From Planktothricoides raciborskii GIHE-MW2 (GTDB lineage: Bacteria > Cyanobacteriota > Cyanobacteriia > Cyanobacteriales > Laspinemataceae), in the NCBI RefSeq assembly GCF_040564635.1, contig NZ_CP159837.1:291801-355800 (forward strand): 64,000 nt of DNA. The letters are read 5' to 3'. Within the stretch, counting starts at the first letter, position 1. Each line of letters starts with the position of its first letter. Below the pieces are notes generated by a model, which was not told the DNA's origin, ran no database searches, and was given only the letters and a program-made list of their open reading frames with translations. The translations under genes were made by a program, and so were the position numbers. This document shows positions 20,182 to 30,478 of the stretch, piece after piece.

Positions 20182-20300
20182 CTCACGCCGATACTTTCCG
20201 AGTCATTCATTAGACAATTCTGGCAAAATTATCAAAAGCTTCCCTTGGATCCGCCATCGGTTGGGGGTATCGAAGCCGATACTTTCCGAATCATTCATAG

Positions 20301-20630
20301 TCATTCATAGTCCTTGCGTAAAATTTGACATAATTGATACACCCGCTCTGGTTCTGAGATTTGATCTGCCAATTTTTGCAAATTTGCCGCAAAATCTTCA
20401 CTATCTAAAAATTCTCGGATGGCGAGAATTGATATTTTAATTTGCTTCAAATATTGTTTTTTTTGTTGCTCAGAACATTTATCTTGGTAATATTCCAGCA
20501 ATTCCGCTGATGCCAAAATCGTGGTTAAAGGAGTTCGCAATTCATGGGCAATAGTAGAAATCAACCAATCGATCAACTCTTGCGGGTTCAATTCGGATTC
20601 AGCCACAGGTTTCATAGTCTGTGCCTCCAT
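20301..20630 (-). CDS. small stand-alone HisKA (histidine kinase dimerisation/phosphoacceptor) domain protein
   Basis: LISTIAHELRTPLTTILASAELL H-box. No ATPase domain follows. Confidence 0.5.
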   Translation of the reverse strand: MEAQTMKPVAESELNPQELIDWLISTIAHELRTPLTTILASAELLEYYQDKCSEQQKKQYLKQIKISILAIREFLDSEDFAANLQKLADQISEPERVYQLCQILRKDYE

Positions 20631-21129
20631 TAGATATTAGGGGTTATCCAGGCAACACCGGCAATCAGCGATCTGTTTTGGCGGTAATAGCGGTAATAAA
20701 ATACTAATTTAAATTATACACAATATTCAGAATAATACCATTAAATTTTTATTAAGCTTTCTGGAAACACCATTGTTTTAGCTAACACAGACGAACCATA
20801 TAAAATATAAAATAATTATAATGTCAATCAAGCAAAATAAATTCAAACAAATTAAAACTATTTTTTATATAAAAAAACTAAATCAATGGAGAAAATTTGC
20901 CCTCACGATGGCGGACGCATCTTTCAAAACTTGTCTTACTCACATATTTCTTAACAATTTCAAAAGCTTATCTAGTCTGGGTTTCGCCTAATTTATTCAC
21001 AAAACTTCATCTTTTTTGGGTCAAGTAAGCAGCCCGGAGATCGGACTCAAGGCCGCCAGAGGATCCGGACGGCGATCGCACAGATAGACTCATCAGCTAA
21101 AATTGACGTTCCGATTGACTCGTCTGGGA

Positions 21130-21438
21130 TGGAGAAATTATGAATTCTTGGGTGGCCGAAGAACTCAAGCATACGGAATTGGGCGATGCGCGTCGTCATC
21201 GGCGATTGGTTTTGCTACCTCTAGATTGTGTCATATACACTCAACGCCTATTCCCCCTGAAACTCCGCCAACTTTGAATCAATGTGTGCGTTGGATTGCG
21301 AGCCTGGGTGGTTTCTTAGGACGTAAAAAAGATGGCGAACCCGGAGTGAAAACTATTTGGTTAGGTCTACGACGACTTGATGACATTGCGGGTACATGGA
21401 GGCTATTACAGGGTTACTTAAGCGGATGTCAAGAATAA
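21130..21438 (+). mobile_element. internally deleted IS4-family transposase remnant (N-terminus joined to C-terminus)
   Basis: MNSWVAEELKHTELGDARRHRRL matches IS4/Tn5-like N-termini. After a frame break it joins to ...NQCVRWIASLGGFLGRKKDGEPGVKTIWLGLRRLDDIAGTW, an IS4 C-terminal signature. The central DDE region is missing. Confidence 0.55.
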
Positions 21439-21689
21439 TAGACCTCTTGCAAAATAATTTTATGCTATAATTAAAAAATTGGCTTGATTAATGGATGCGA
21501 TGGTTATAGCTAATTTTCAGGATCTTTTGCTAAAAACAGCATAAAATGCTAAAGAGATATTTTGCAGTTCCACAATAAATTAATCATCAACAATCCATTA
21601 TCCATTTTATCTAAATTTGAAACCGGAGCAATTTAAACGGAGATTTGGTATCCAGATTCAAACCTTTAAAGAAATGGTGAACAAGAACA

Positions 21690-21987
21690 AGTCCGGTTAG
21701 AGAATCCTCAAGATAAACGAGTACGGCGTGGCGCCTTAACTCTTGAAGAACAAGTCCTAGTGGCCTTGGAATATTGGCGAGAATATCGAACTTATTTCCA
21801 TATCGGCACAAATTGGGGAGTATCCGAATCAACGAGAAAGCCGAATTGTCACTAATATTGAATCAACCTTAATGAAAACGGGAAAGTTTGGTATTCTTGG
21901 GAAAAAACCATTGTTCAATGGTTTTGGGATCCCAGAATTGGTGGTAGTGGATGTCGCAGAAACAGCTATCAAAAGAAAAAAAAAATA
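21690..21987 (+). pseudogene. truncated and frameshifted IS5-family (HTH_Tnp_4/DDE_Tnp_4, Harbinger-like) transposase fragment
   Basis: RGALTLEEQVLVALEYWREYRTYFHIGTNWGVSESTRK, then a frameshift, then KTGKFGILGKK...VVVDVAETAIKRKKK. It ends in a poly-A tract. Confidence 0.5.
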
Positions 21988-22556
21988 AAAAATCCTATTC
22001 AGTAAATAAAAAATACCACAGCTAAAAAATGCAATCATTAATCAAGAAAGTAAACAGATTATTTGCCTAAATGACGAGGGGATTGCCATGATTTTAACTT
22101 GTTTAAAAAGAGCCAGGTTCATTTTCATACTGAAACCTTTACAATCGATATTTATATCAAAAATTAATAGTGATTTATTATGTTAATAGGAGTGTGAAAA
22201 TTTTTAAAATATTCTCAAGTCGTTATCGAAATCGTTGCCTTATGGTTTCCCTTGCAATTTCTTGTCAGCAATTGAGAATTATGAGTTGGCTATGTGGTCG
22301 AGAATTAAATAATTATAATTATATAATTATAAGATAGATGTTTTTTGCCAGAGGTATAATTATGTTAAAAAATATGTGAGTAAGGATAAGCTCCCAAAAG
22401 GGGAGATGGGAATCTCAAAAGTTCACAAATCATAGCTATATTATGCAAAATTTACATGACTTACCAGGCGGTTGATCTCTAGATAAACTTCAAAAAATTT
22501 GCTGCCAATCATCTCTGATTGAAAATATCCTAAAATACCCTAAAATATCCTAAAAA

Positions 22557-23975
22557 TTGATCACTATAATGTCTTTAACCAATCAAAACCTGACTGAACA
22601 AGCCCAAATTGCGGCGAAGCAAAATAACTGGTCATTTGTGACCCAATGTCTGCATCAATTGTTACAATCTGAAAAAGATGCGGGAAAAGATGCTCGCAAA
22701 AAACCAGCGATCGCCTCAAATCAGATTAAAAAACATGAAACCAAACTGAATTCACCAAAAGCCCCACAAGACCGTCAGCTATTTCCCACTATGCTAGATT
22801 TAGCCTTGCAAGTCCTAGAATTTGGTGATTTTCAAGCCCGCTGGGAAGTGGTTAAAATTTTTCCCAATCTAGGCAATGCGGCGATCGCCCCTTTAATAGA
22901 AATTTTGCAGGATGAAGAGGCGGAAATAGAATTGCGGTGGTTTGCCGGACAAATTCTGGGTCAGTTCGATCGCCCGGAAGTCGTCCAAGGGTTAATTGAT
23001 TTGGTGGATAGCGACAGTGATGAAGAACTCTGCTTGGTGGCAGCAGAGGCTTTGGCTAATATTGGCCCAAATGCAATTCAGGGATTAGAAACCCTATTAA
23101 AAAATGATTCATCACGACTTTTTGCGGTTCGGGCTTTGGCGAAAATTCATCGACCGGAAATTATTGCCCCATTGTTAACGGTGGTCGATGATTCAGACTC
23201 TTTAATCCGCAAAGCAGCGATCGCGGCTTTAAGTAATTTTGATGATGCCCGAATTCCCCCAATATTAGTGACTGCATTGTCGGATTTGATGGCCACGGTG
23301 AGACTGGAAGCGGTGATTGGTTTGGGTTTATTTTCTATGCGTTCTTCTGCTGATATGTTGCCAGAGAATTTAGTGGATTTGTTGCGCGATCGCCTCTGGG
23401 ATTTTAACTTAGAAGTCTGTCAACAAGCGGCGATCGCCTTGATGCGGATTGGCAATGAATCCGCTGCCGATGCTTTATTTGCAGTGATAAAATCTCCACA
23501 CACCCCAATTCCTTTAACGGTGACAGTGGTTAATGGTTTAGGCTGGATGTCTCATCCCAAGGCATTAGACTATTTAGAAGAAGCTTTAACCCTGCCTTTG
23601 TCCTCCGCAGTATGGTCTTCAATAATTAGCAGTTTGGGCCGAGTAGAATCTTCGGTTTTGCAACCAAAAGCGGCGCATATTTTGATTAATTTCCTCAAGT
23701 CGGAAACTTCAAACCCGGCGATCGAACAGCCCAAAATTAAGCAGGCGATCGCCGTAGGGTTGGGACAATTAGGACAGGCGATCGCCATTGAACCCCTGAA
23801 AGAACTGTTAGCTGATGACAATGAAACCGTCAGACTTCATGCGATCGCGGCATTGAAACATTTTGATTCAAAGGCGATCGGTGAAAACTTACAGGGATTA
23901 CTTAGTAACGACGCTGTAACCCTGGAAATTAACTCACGAGTCGCGATCGATATGGAAAAATTCTCCTCACATTGA
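22557..23975 (+). CDS. HEAT / PBS-lyase-like repeat protein
   Basis: Repeated (A/L)xxALxxIGdpxAixxL modules throughout its 472 aa. Confidence 0.65.
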   Translation: MITIMSLTNQNLTEQAQIAAKQNNWSFVTQCLHQLLQSEKDAGKDARKKPAIASNQIKKHETKLNSPKAPQDRQLFPTMLDLALQVLEFGDFQARWEVVKIFPNLGNAAIAPLIEILQDEEAEIELRWFAGQILGQFDRPEVVQGLIDLVDSDSDEELCLVAAEALANIGPNAIQGLETLLKNDSSRLFAVRALAKIHRPEIIAPLLTVVDDSDSLIRKAAIAALSNFDDARIPPILVTALSDLMATVRLEAVIGLGLFSMRSSADMLPENLVDLLRDRLWDFNLEVCQQAAIALMRIGNESAADALFAVIKSPHTPIPLTVTVVNGLGWMSHPKALDYLEEALTLPLSSAVWSSIISSLGRVESSVLQPKAAHILINFLKSETSNPAIEQPKIKQAIAVGLGQLGQAIAIEPLKELLADDNETVRLHAIAALKHFDSKAIGENLQGLLSNDAVTLEINSRVAIDMEKFSSH

Positions 23976-24018
23976 TCGCACAATTTTTCTATATCGGCTT
24001 TGTCTGTTTTCTCTGTTT

Positions 24019-24092
24019 GCTGAGGTACATAAGGATATAGATTCCCGCGAAGGCGGGAATGACAGATTTTACCTTTGTACCTCATAAATATA
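24019..24092. repeat. small nested-hairpin element with core attcccgcgaaggcgggaat (a second copy of the core lies at 39875-39900)
   Basis: Outer inverted repeat tgaggtacataagg/cctttgtacctca encloses the perfect inner hairpin. It sits just after the HEAT gene stop. Confidence 0.5.
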
Positions 24093-24863
24093 CGAACTAA
24101 TTTATAGTTTTTATTTGATATGAAACTCAAGAAAATAAACCATTGATAACCCTCTTATTTCAAGAAAACTGTTATCAAACTTTTAAGCTAAAATATTTAA
24201 AAATTTATTTTTTAAATATCAATTAGCTTGGTTAATTCAATCTGATTTTACTCTGACAGTAAGCCGTCAGAAGGGCAACGGTCAGCGACCAATGTAGGGG
24301 CTGAAAGCTGATTCCTGAAGCATCCAAGCTGATAGCTGATTTTTGATACCTGAATGCTGATCTCTGGCATACAGCAGTATAGTAGACAACAAAGTAGGGG
24401 CGAGTTTGAAACCTGCCCCTACCCGACGTTGATCCCCCCAAACCCCCGATAAGCGCTCCAATCGGCTTTTTAGCCTGGGAAAGCAAGAAGTCTAATTAGT
24501 TTTTTAGGCGATATAGCATCAAGGGGATGTTTCCGCAAGTCTTTGATTATGTTTTGGTAAGGGAATGTTAATTAACAGTGATTTTAACCGGGCGATCGAC
24601 AGATCCATTGAATATAATGAAATATAATGAAAAAATTATCTGCTGCCGGACTTTTTCAAAAAGTTTCCCAACGCTCTGGAGGTGTTTGCCGTTTTACCTG
24701 TACGGGTGGCTTCCGTGCTAAAAAATACAGACAAAAAGTTCAGTAAAGCGCAGAAACGTCTCAAATTTTCTGGCTTTTTTGGACTGGTAAGCTTTTTGGC
24801 TTGAATCTGACTCCCGAAACAAAAAACCTGAGCTAGTCAAAACTTAGCTAAAAACCACCAATC

Positions 24864-26021
24864 ATGGAATCAAACACCGTAGTTGATCAACCTCTGATAG
24901 CAAAATCCAGGCGTGAGGAAATTTGCCATATTCTTGGGACATCCTTAGACCCAGAACAATGGAAAGATTGGCGCTGGCAAATGCGTCACCGGCTGACTAA
25001 ATTAGAACATTTTCAGCAGTTGCTAAAGCTCACTCCATCAGAGGAACGAGGGCTAGAAAAAGCGCGGGATAAGTTTGCGGTGGCCGTAACGCCGCATTTT
25101 GCCGAGTTAATTGACCCTGATAATCCCCTTTGCCCAATTCGCTTGCAGGTAGTGCCACGAGAAGAAGAATTAGTCACCAGTTTAGGAGATATGGCCGATC
25201 CCTGCGGTGAGGATAATGATAGCGTGGTGCCTGGACTGGTACACCGTTATCCCGATCGCGTGTTACTGCTGGCTTTGGACTCTTGCGCGGCTTACTGCCG
25301 TTACTGCACGCGATCGCGCTTAGTCAGCCAAGGGGAGATGTATCCCCTGACACGGCGGATCGATGTCATAGTTGCTTACTTGCAAGAACATACTGAAGTC
25401 CGGGATGTGCTGATTTCTGGGGGGGATCCGCTGCTGATGTCTGATGAAGTTTTGGACAACTTGCTGGGACAGTTGCGGGCGATCGAACATATTGAATTTG
25501 TGCGGATCGGTTCCCGCGTTCCCAGTTTCTTACCCCAACGGATTACCCCGTCCCTTGTTTCCGTTTTGCGGAAGCATCGCGTGTGGCTTTCCTTGCACTT
25601 TTGTCATCGGAAAGAACTAACCGCTGAAGTCGCCACAGCTTGCGATTTACTGGCTGATGGTGGCATTCCTCTGGGCAGTCAAACGGTTCTGCTGAAAGGG
25701 GTGAATGATTCCGTAGCCGCACTGAAAAATCTGTTTCACGGTCTACTCAAACTGCGTGTACGCCCCTACTACCTCTACCAATGTGACCCGGTTGTGGGCA
25801 CCGCACACCTACGGACGACGGTGCAAACCGGGATTGATTTGATCTCTCAACTGCGGGGTCATACGACGGGGTATGCAGTGCCCACATTCGTGATCGATGC
25901 ACCGGGTGGTGGGGGCAAAGTCCCCATTTTCCCGGAAACCGTAATGGCTTACGAAAACAGCCAAACCATTGTACGGAATTGGGAAGGCCATCTCTACACT
26001 TATATAGATCCAGTGGAGTAA
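24864..26021 (+). CDS. kamA: lysine 2,3-aminomutase family radical-SAM enzyme
   Basis: CAAYCRYCTR (CxxxCxxC) plus KamA family blocks (SGGDPL, PYYLYQCD). Length 385 aa. Confidence 0.85.
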   Translation: MESNTVVDQPLIAKSRREEICHILGTSLDPEQWKDWRWQMRHRLTKLEHFQQLLKLTPSEERGLEKARDKFAVAVTPHFAELIDPDNPLCPIRLQVVPREEELVTSLGDMADPCGEDNDSVVPGLVHRYPDRVLLLALDSCAAYCRYCTRSRLVSQGEMYPLTRRIDVIVAYLQEHTEVRDVLISGGDPLLMSDEVLDNLLGQLRAIEHIEFVRIGSRVPSFLPQRITPSLVSVLRKHRVWLSLHFCHRKELTAEVATACDLLADGGIPLGSQTVLLKGVNDSVAALKNLFHGLLKLRVRPYYLYQCDPVVGTAHLRTTVQTGIDLISQLRGHTTGYAVPTFVIDAPGGGGKVPIFPETVMAYENSQTIVRNWEGHLYTYIDPVE

Positions 26022-26023
26022 CC

Positions 26024-27016
26024 ATGAAGCTTTTGATTGGTTTGTGTTACGACCTGAAGGAAGACTATCTTAAAGCAGGTTTCAGTGCGATCGAGGTGAT
26101 GGAATTTGACGATGAAGAAACGATCATTGGTCTGGAAGATGCTTTAAGCCATTTGGGTCATAATGTTGAACGGATCGGCAATGGCAGAGAACTAGCGCGG
26201 AGGCTAGTTGCAGGCGATCGCTGGGATTTGATTTTCAATCTGGCCGAAGGGGTTTGGGGTCGTTCCCGTGAAGCGCAAGTCCCCGCAGTCTGTGAATTAT
26301 TTAATCAACCTTATACATTCTCGGATCCCCTGACTTGTGCCCTGGCCTTGGATAAGGCTTTGGCCAAGCGGGTAGTGCGCGATCGCGGTTTGCCCACCCC
26401 AGAATTTGAAATAGTGAATACCCCCGAAGAGGCAAGCACATTATCCTTACCCCTGCCCCTGTTCCTCAAACCCTTGGCCGAGGGCAGTTCCAAAGGTGTC
26501 ACCAGCCATTCTTTCATCAACGACCAAGAAGCGTTAGTCCCAGCCTGCGAAGAATTGCTGGCACAATTTCACCAGCCGGTACTCGTAGAAACTTTTCTCC
26601 CCGGCAGGGAAGTCACTGTGGGTATTGTCGGCAATGGCAGCACTGCGGGGGTGCTGGCTGTCATGGAAGTCATCTTTACTGACAAAGCCGACGCGGTAGG
26701 ATATACCGCCCTGAATAAAGGCGAATATCTAGAACGGGTATCTTATCGTCTCGTCACTGATGAAGAACCAGTGGCAGCACAGGCCAACCAACTGGCTTTA
26801 AATGTCTACCATGCGCTGGGTTGCCGGGACACCGCCCGCGTTGATTTGCGCTGTGATGCCAGAGGGGTTTGGCATTTTCTAGAGGTTAATCCATTGCCAG
26901 GGCTAAACCATATCCGTTCAGATTTGCCAATTATGGCGGATCTTGCTGGTCTGTCTTACCCGCAATTGATTGGCAAGATTGTTGACAGTGCATGGCAACG
27001 GTGGCAAGAGCATTAA
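26024..27016 (+). CDS. ATP-grasp ligase of the D-Ala-D-Ala ligase family
   Basis: Ddl-like N-domain and ATP-grasp fold (FLKPLAEGSSKGV, EVTVGIVGNG). The start is set at MKLLIG, 3 nt after the kamA stop; a longer in-frame extension from 25979 is possible. Confidence 0.75.
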   Translation: MKLLIGLCYDLKEDYLKAGFSAIEVMEFDDEETIIGLEDALSHLGHNVERIGNGRELARRLVAGDRWDLIFNLAEGVWGRSREAQVPAVCELFNQPYTFSDPLTCALALDKALAKRVVRDRGLPTPEFEIVNTPEEASTLSLPLPLFLKPLAEGSSKGVTSHSFINDQEALVPACEELLAQFHQPVLVETFLPGREVTVGIVGNGSTAGVLAVMEVIFTDKADAVGYTALNKGEYLERVSYRLVTDEEPVAAQANQLALNVYHALGCRDTARVDLRCDARGVWHFLEVNPLPGLNHIRSDLPIMADLAGLSYPQLIGKIVDSAWQRWQEH

Positions 27017-27508
27017 CCATAAATTTAGTAGCGCGTCTTAGTAGCGCGTCCAGACTAAAATTATGGGTCGTAGTGGCAATTCACGAGTGGCAATTCACGA
27101 ATTGCCACTACACTCACAGAATTGATCAATGCCCCCTAAATAATAGACAATTCTGGCAGAATTCTCGCTCATCTCCCCGAAGATCGGGGGGTTGGGAGGA
27201 TCGATCCAGAATTTTGCCAGAATTGTCTAATAAATCTGTAAAATTTTGTAACGAGTTGCCAATTTGGCAACATAATCTCCTGATTCGAGGGTTTCATAGA
27301 CTGAGAAAGACGTACTTATTTCACAATCCAGGTCAAGGCTTGGTTTTCAGGGCATTAAAAACCGGGCTGTTCATTGAGTTTTGGCTCATCAGGTCAGAAA
27401 AAATGAGCAAAAACCCGGTTTTTCTGACTACGGAAGTCGCAGGGCAGTGCAGCGAACTGTTGCATCATCTCAAGATTGCTATCTATATAGATTGAAACAG
27501 GTGAAATT

Positions 27509-28672
27509 ATGTTAAAATCTCTCCCATATCCCGTGACAAATCCTTCGATTAAACCCCCAAGTCAATCACCGCTCATTCAATCATATAAAACCAATTGGTG
27601 GAGAGATCCACAAAAACAAAAACCCCTAGTTTCATTAATTGTGCCTGGGTACAACGAAGCGGCGATCGTGGAACAAAATCTCACTATTCTCTGCGAGTAT
27701 ATGGAATCTCTCCAGGATACCTATGACTGGGAAATTGTGGTGATTAATGATGGCAGTTTGGATGAGACCGGAGAACTGGCGGAAGCCTTTGCAAGTACCA
27801 GAGAAAATGTGTATGTTTTACATCATATCACCAATTTCGGACTCGGCCAAGCCCTTAAATTTGGCTTTAATTACTGTCATGGGGATTATGTTGTCGTCAT
27901 CGATTTGGATCTGAGTTATGCTCCAGAACATATCGAAAGACTTCTCAGCAAAATGCGAGAAACTCTGGCGAAAATTGTCGTAGCTTCTCCTTATATAGAA
28001 GGAGGAAATATTTCTAATGTTCCTTGGGCTAGGAAAAAATTAAGTATCTGGGCTAACCGATTTTTATCCGCGACTTCTAAGGGAGAATTAGCCACAGTCA
28101 CCGGCATGGTGCGAGCTTATGATGGGCAGTTTTTGCGATCGCTAAATTTGCGTTCCATGAGCATGGATATCAATCCAGAAATTATCTATAAAGCCAGAAT
28201 TTTACGAGCGAGAATTGAAGAGATCCCGGCTCACTTAAACTGGCGAGTGGAGCGCACCGTGAAGAAGCCGAAAAGACGATCTAGCATGAGGATTTGGCGG
28301 CAAATTTGGTCGGTTTTATTCTCTGGATTTATTTCTCGACCTGTGATATTTTTCTTAATTCCAGGCTTATTCTTGTTTGGCTTTTCTTGTTTAGCGAATG
28401 CTTGGGTACTCATTCATACTTTTACCAATTATCAAAACTTACCGGCTGATTGGTTTCTGGATCGCTTTTCCGATGCGGTCGCTGGGGCTTTTCACCAGGC
28501 GCCGCACACCTTTATTATTGGTGGCATGACTTTGATGTTGGCAATTCAGTTAGTAAGCTTGGGAATTATTTCCATGCAAACCAAAAGCAATTTTGAAGAA
28601 ATGTTTTACCTAGGAACAGCGATTTATAAATTAAATAAGCAAAATAAGCAAGAATTGAATAAAAAACATTAA
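27509..28672 (+). CDS. GT2 polyprenyl-phosphate glycosyltransferase (ArnC/GtrB/DPM1-like) with C-terminal TM helices
   Basis: LVSLIVPGYNEA, VVINDGSLDET and a DLD motif, with two C-terminal hydrophobic segments. Confidence 0.85.
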   Translation: MLKSLPYPVTNPSIKPPSQSPLIQSYKTNWWRDPQKQKPLVSLIVPGYNEAAIVEQNLTILCEYMESLQDTYDWEIVVINDGSLDETGELAEAFASTRENVYVLHHITNFGLGQALKFGFNYCHGDYVVVIDLDLSYAPEHIERLLSKMRETLAKIVVASPYIEGGNISNVPWARKKLSIWANRFLSATSKGELATVTGMVRAYDGQFLRSLNLRSMSMDINPEIIYKARILRARIEEIPAHLNWRVERTVKKPKRRSSMRIWRQIWSVLFSGFISRPVIFFLIPGLFLFGFSCLANAWVLIHTFTNYQNLPADWFLDRFSDAVAGAFHQAPHTFIIGGMTLMLAIQLVSLGIISMQTKSNFEEMFYLGTAIYKLNKQNKQELNKKH

Positions 28673-28695
28673 AAAAGTCCCAGAACATCACTAAC

Positions 28696-28730
28696 CCGGT
28701 TTCTTCAACAAGCCGGTTTTTTTGGCTGAC
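28696..28730 (+). terminator. hairpin aacccggtttcttcaacaagccggttttttt after the GT2 gene
   Basis: Stem aaccgg/ccggtt followed by a T-run. Confidence 0.4.
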
Positions 28731-29032
28731 TTGAATACCAGGAAGCTGGTTTTTTTTAAAATAACGGGTTTTTCCCAAAGGTTTTCCAAAAATATGCCAA
28801 TTTGGCAACACGGATTTAGAAAAATAGTGTTTCATAGAAATATCTGGCGTTCCCATCAATGGCGATCGCTGTTGAGTCTAAAAAATCTGTCAATTTAGCA
28901 AAACCCAGCCAAAAATTAAGTTGGCTATTGCCGATTGATTCAACGGATTTTTTATACTTTTTTTAATAATCAAAAAAATCAAAAAGCAATCAAATTAATT
29001 TACACCGATTTAAAACCTAGGAGTTTGACATC

Positions 29033-30265
29033 ATGGTTGCAGAAATTACCAAACAAAAAACTATCACATTACCTTCCGATCAAGAAGCTTCTGGTAGAAC
29101 CCTGGGCGATGAAGAAATCGCCTTGGTCGCTGAGGCGATCCGCAGTGGAACTTTGACCAGCACCAAAGGAAATTTTGTTAAAGAATTAGAACAAAAATTT
29201 GCCGATCGCCTGGGGGTAAAACACGCTTACGCTTGTGCCTCTGGAACCGCAGCCATTCATGTAGCGGTAGCGGCGATCGATCCAGAACCCGGAGATGAAA
29301 TTGTCACCACTTCCATCACCGATATGGGAGGCTTAACTCCGATTATTTATCAAGGAGCAATTCCCGTTTTTGCCGATGTTGATCCGAAAACTTGGAATGT
29401 GACCGCAGAAACCATTGAACCTTGTTTGAGCGATCGCACCAAAGCCATCATCGTCACTCATTTATTCGGCAATCCTTGCAACATGAGCGAGATTATTGAA
29501 CTCGCGAAATCTCGCAATATTCCCGTGATTGAAGACTGTGCTCAGGCTTACGGTGCCAAACATAATCATCAGCACGTTGGCACTCTGGGAACCATTGGTT
29601 GTTTCAGTTTACAACAAGGTAAACATATTACTACTGGGGAAGGTGGATTTGTTGTCACCAACGATGACGCTTTAGCCCGTCGGATGTACTTATTTATCAA
29701 CAAAGCTTGGGGTTACGGAGATCCAAATCCAGACCACTACTTTTTAGCCCTAAATTATCGCATCAGCGAATTACAAGGGGCTGTTGCGGTTGCCCAACTC
29801 AAGAAATTAGATGGAGTGATTTCCAGTCGCATCACCACCGCCAACAAACTGACAGAAAAATTGCAAGATATTGCCGGAATTGAAACCCCTTGGGCTGATC
29901 CGCGTAACATTCACACTTACTGGAAATATTGTCTACGGGTTGACAGTGAAGTCATTCCCAATGGCCCCGTAGGATTAGCGAAACTACTAAAAGAAAAAGG
30001 CATTTTCTCAGCGCCTCGATATATCCAGAAACCTGCTTTTATGTGCGAAATTTTCCAAAAACAACGCACCTTTGGGAATTCTCGCTATCCCTTTACCTTA
30101 GCCCGACCCGAAGCCGTTGACTACGATCGCGCCCGATTTGCCGGTACTTTTGCCGGATTAGAAAGCGTGCTCGTATTACCTTGGAACGAGCGTTACACCA
30201 ACGATCATGTTGACTATATTGCCAGCGAAATTCTCAACGCGGTGGAATTACTGGTAAATCGCTAA
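29033..30265 (+). CDS. DegT/DnrJ/EryC1/StrS-family PLP-dependent sugar aminotransferase
   Basis: Family-wide blocks including FSLQQGKHITTGEGG (PLP lysine). Length 410 aa. Confidence 0.9.
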   Translation: MVAEITKQKTITLPSDQEASGRTLGDEEIALVAEAIRSGTLTSTKGNFVKELEQKFADRLGVKHAYACASGTAAIHVAVAAIDPEPGDEIVTTSITDMGGLTPIIYQGAIPVFADVDPKTWNVTAETIEPCLSDRTKAIIVTHLFGNPCNMSEIIELAKSRNIPVIEDCAQAYGAKHNHQHVGTLGTIGCFSLQQGKHITTGEGGFVVTNDDALARRMYLFINKAWGYGDPNPDHYFLALNYRISELQGAVAVAQLKKLDGVISSRITTANKLTEKLQDIAGIETPWADPRNIHTYWKYCLRVDSEVIPNGPVGLAKLLKEKGIFSAPRYIQKPAFMCEIFQKQRTFGNSRYPFTLARPEAVDYDRARFAGTFAGLESVLVLPWNERYTNDHVDYIASEILNAVELLVNR

Positions 30266-30478
30266 TTAAGGTTAGTTATTTCACCAATAGCCAAGGGGCT
30301 CATCCCAGTATAATCGGGGCGAAGCATTGCGGCGATTAAGTGATCGTTAAGCATCTTAAATTCCGGAATGGTTTGCCCCAAAAAAACCGGGCTAATCGCC
30401 GATAGTTTTCAACAAATTAATCTCGATTAGCTATTAGCAACTCAGCATAAATTTTTAATAAAAAACAGGTTAATCATT

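Noticed and set aside
26992-27495. 167-aa ORF after the ATP-grasp gene
   Set aside because: It spans direct repeats (gtggcaattcacga x2), a hairpin (agtggcaattcacgaattgccact) and the inverted repeats agacaattctggcagaattct / ccagaattttgccagaattgtct. It is more likely a repeat-rich intergenic element than a gene.
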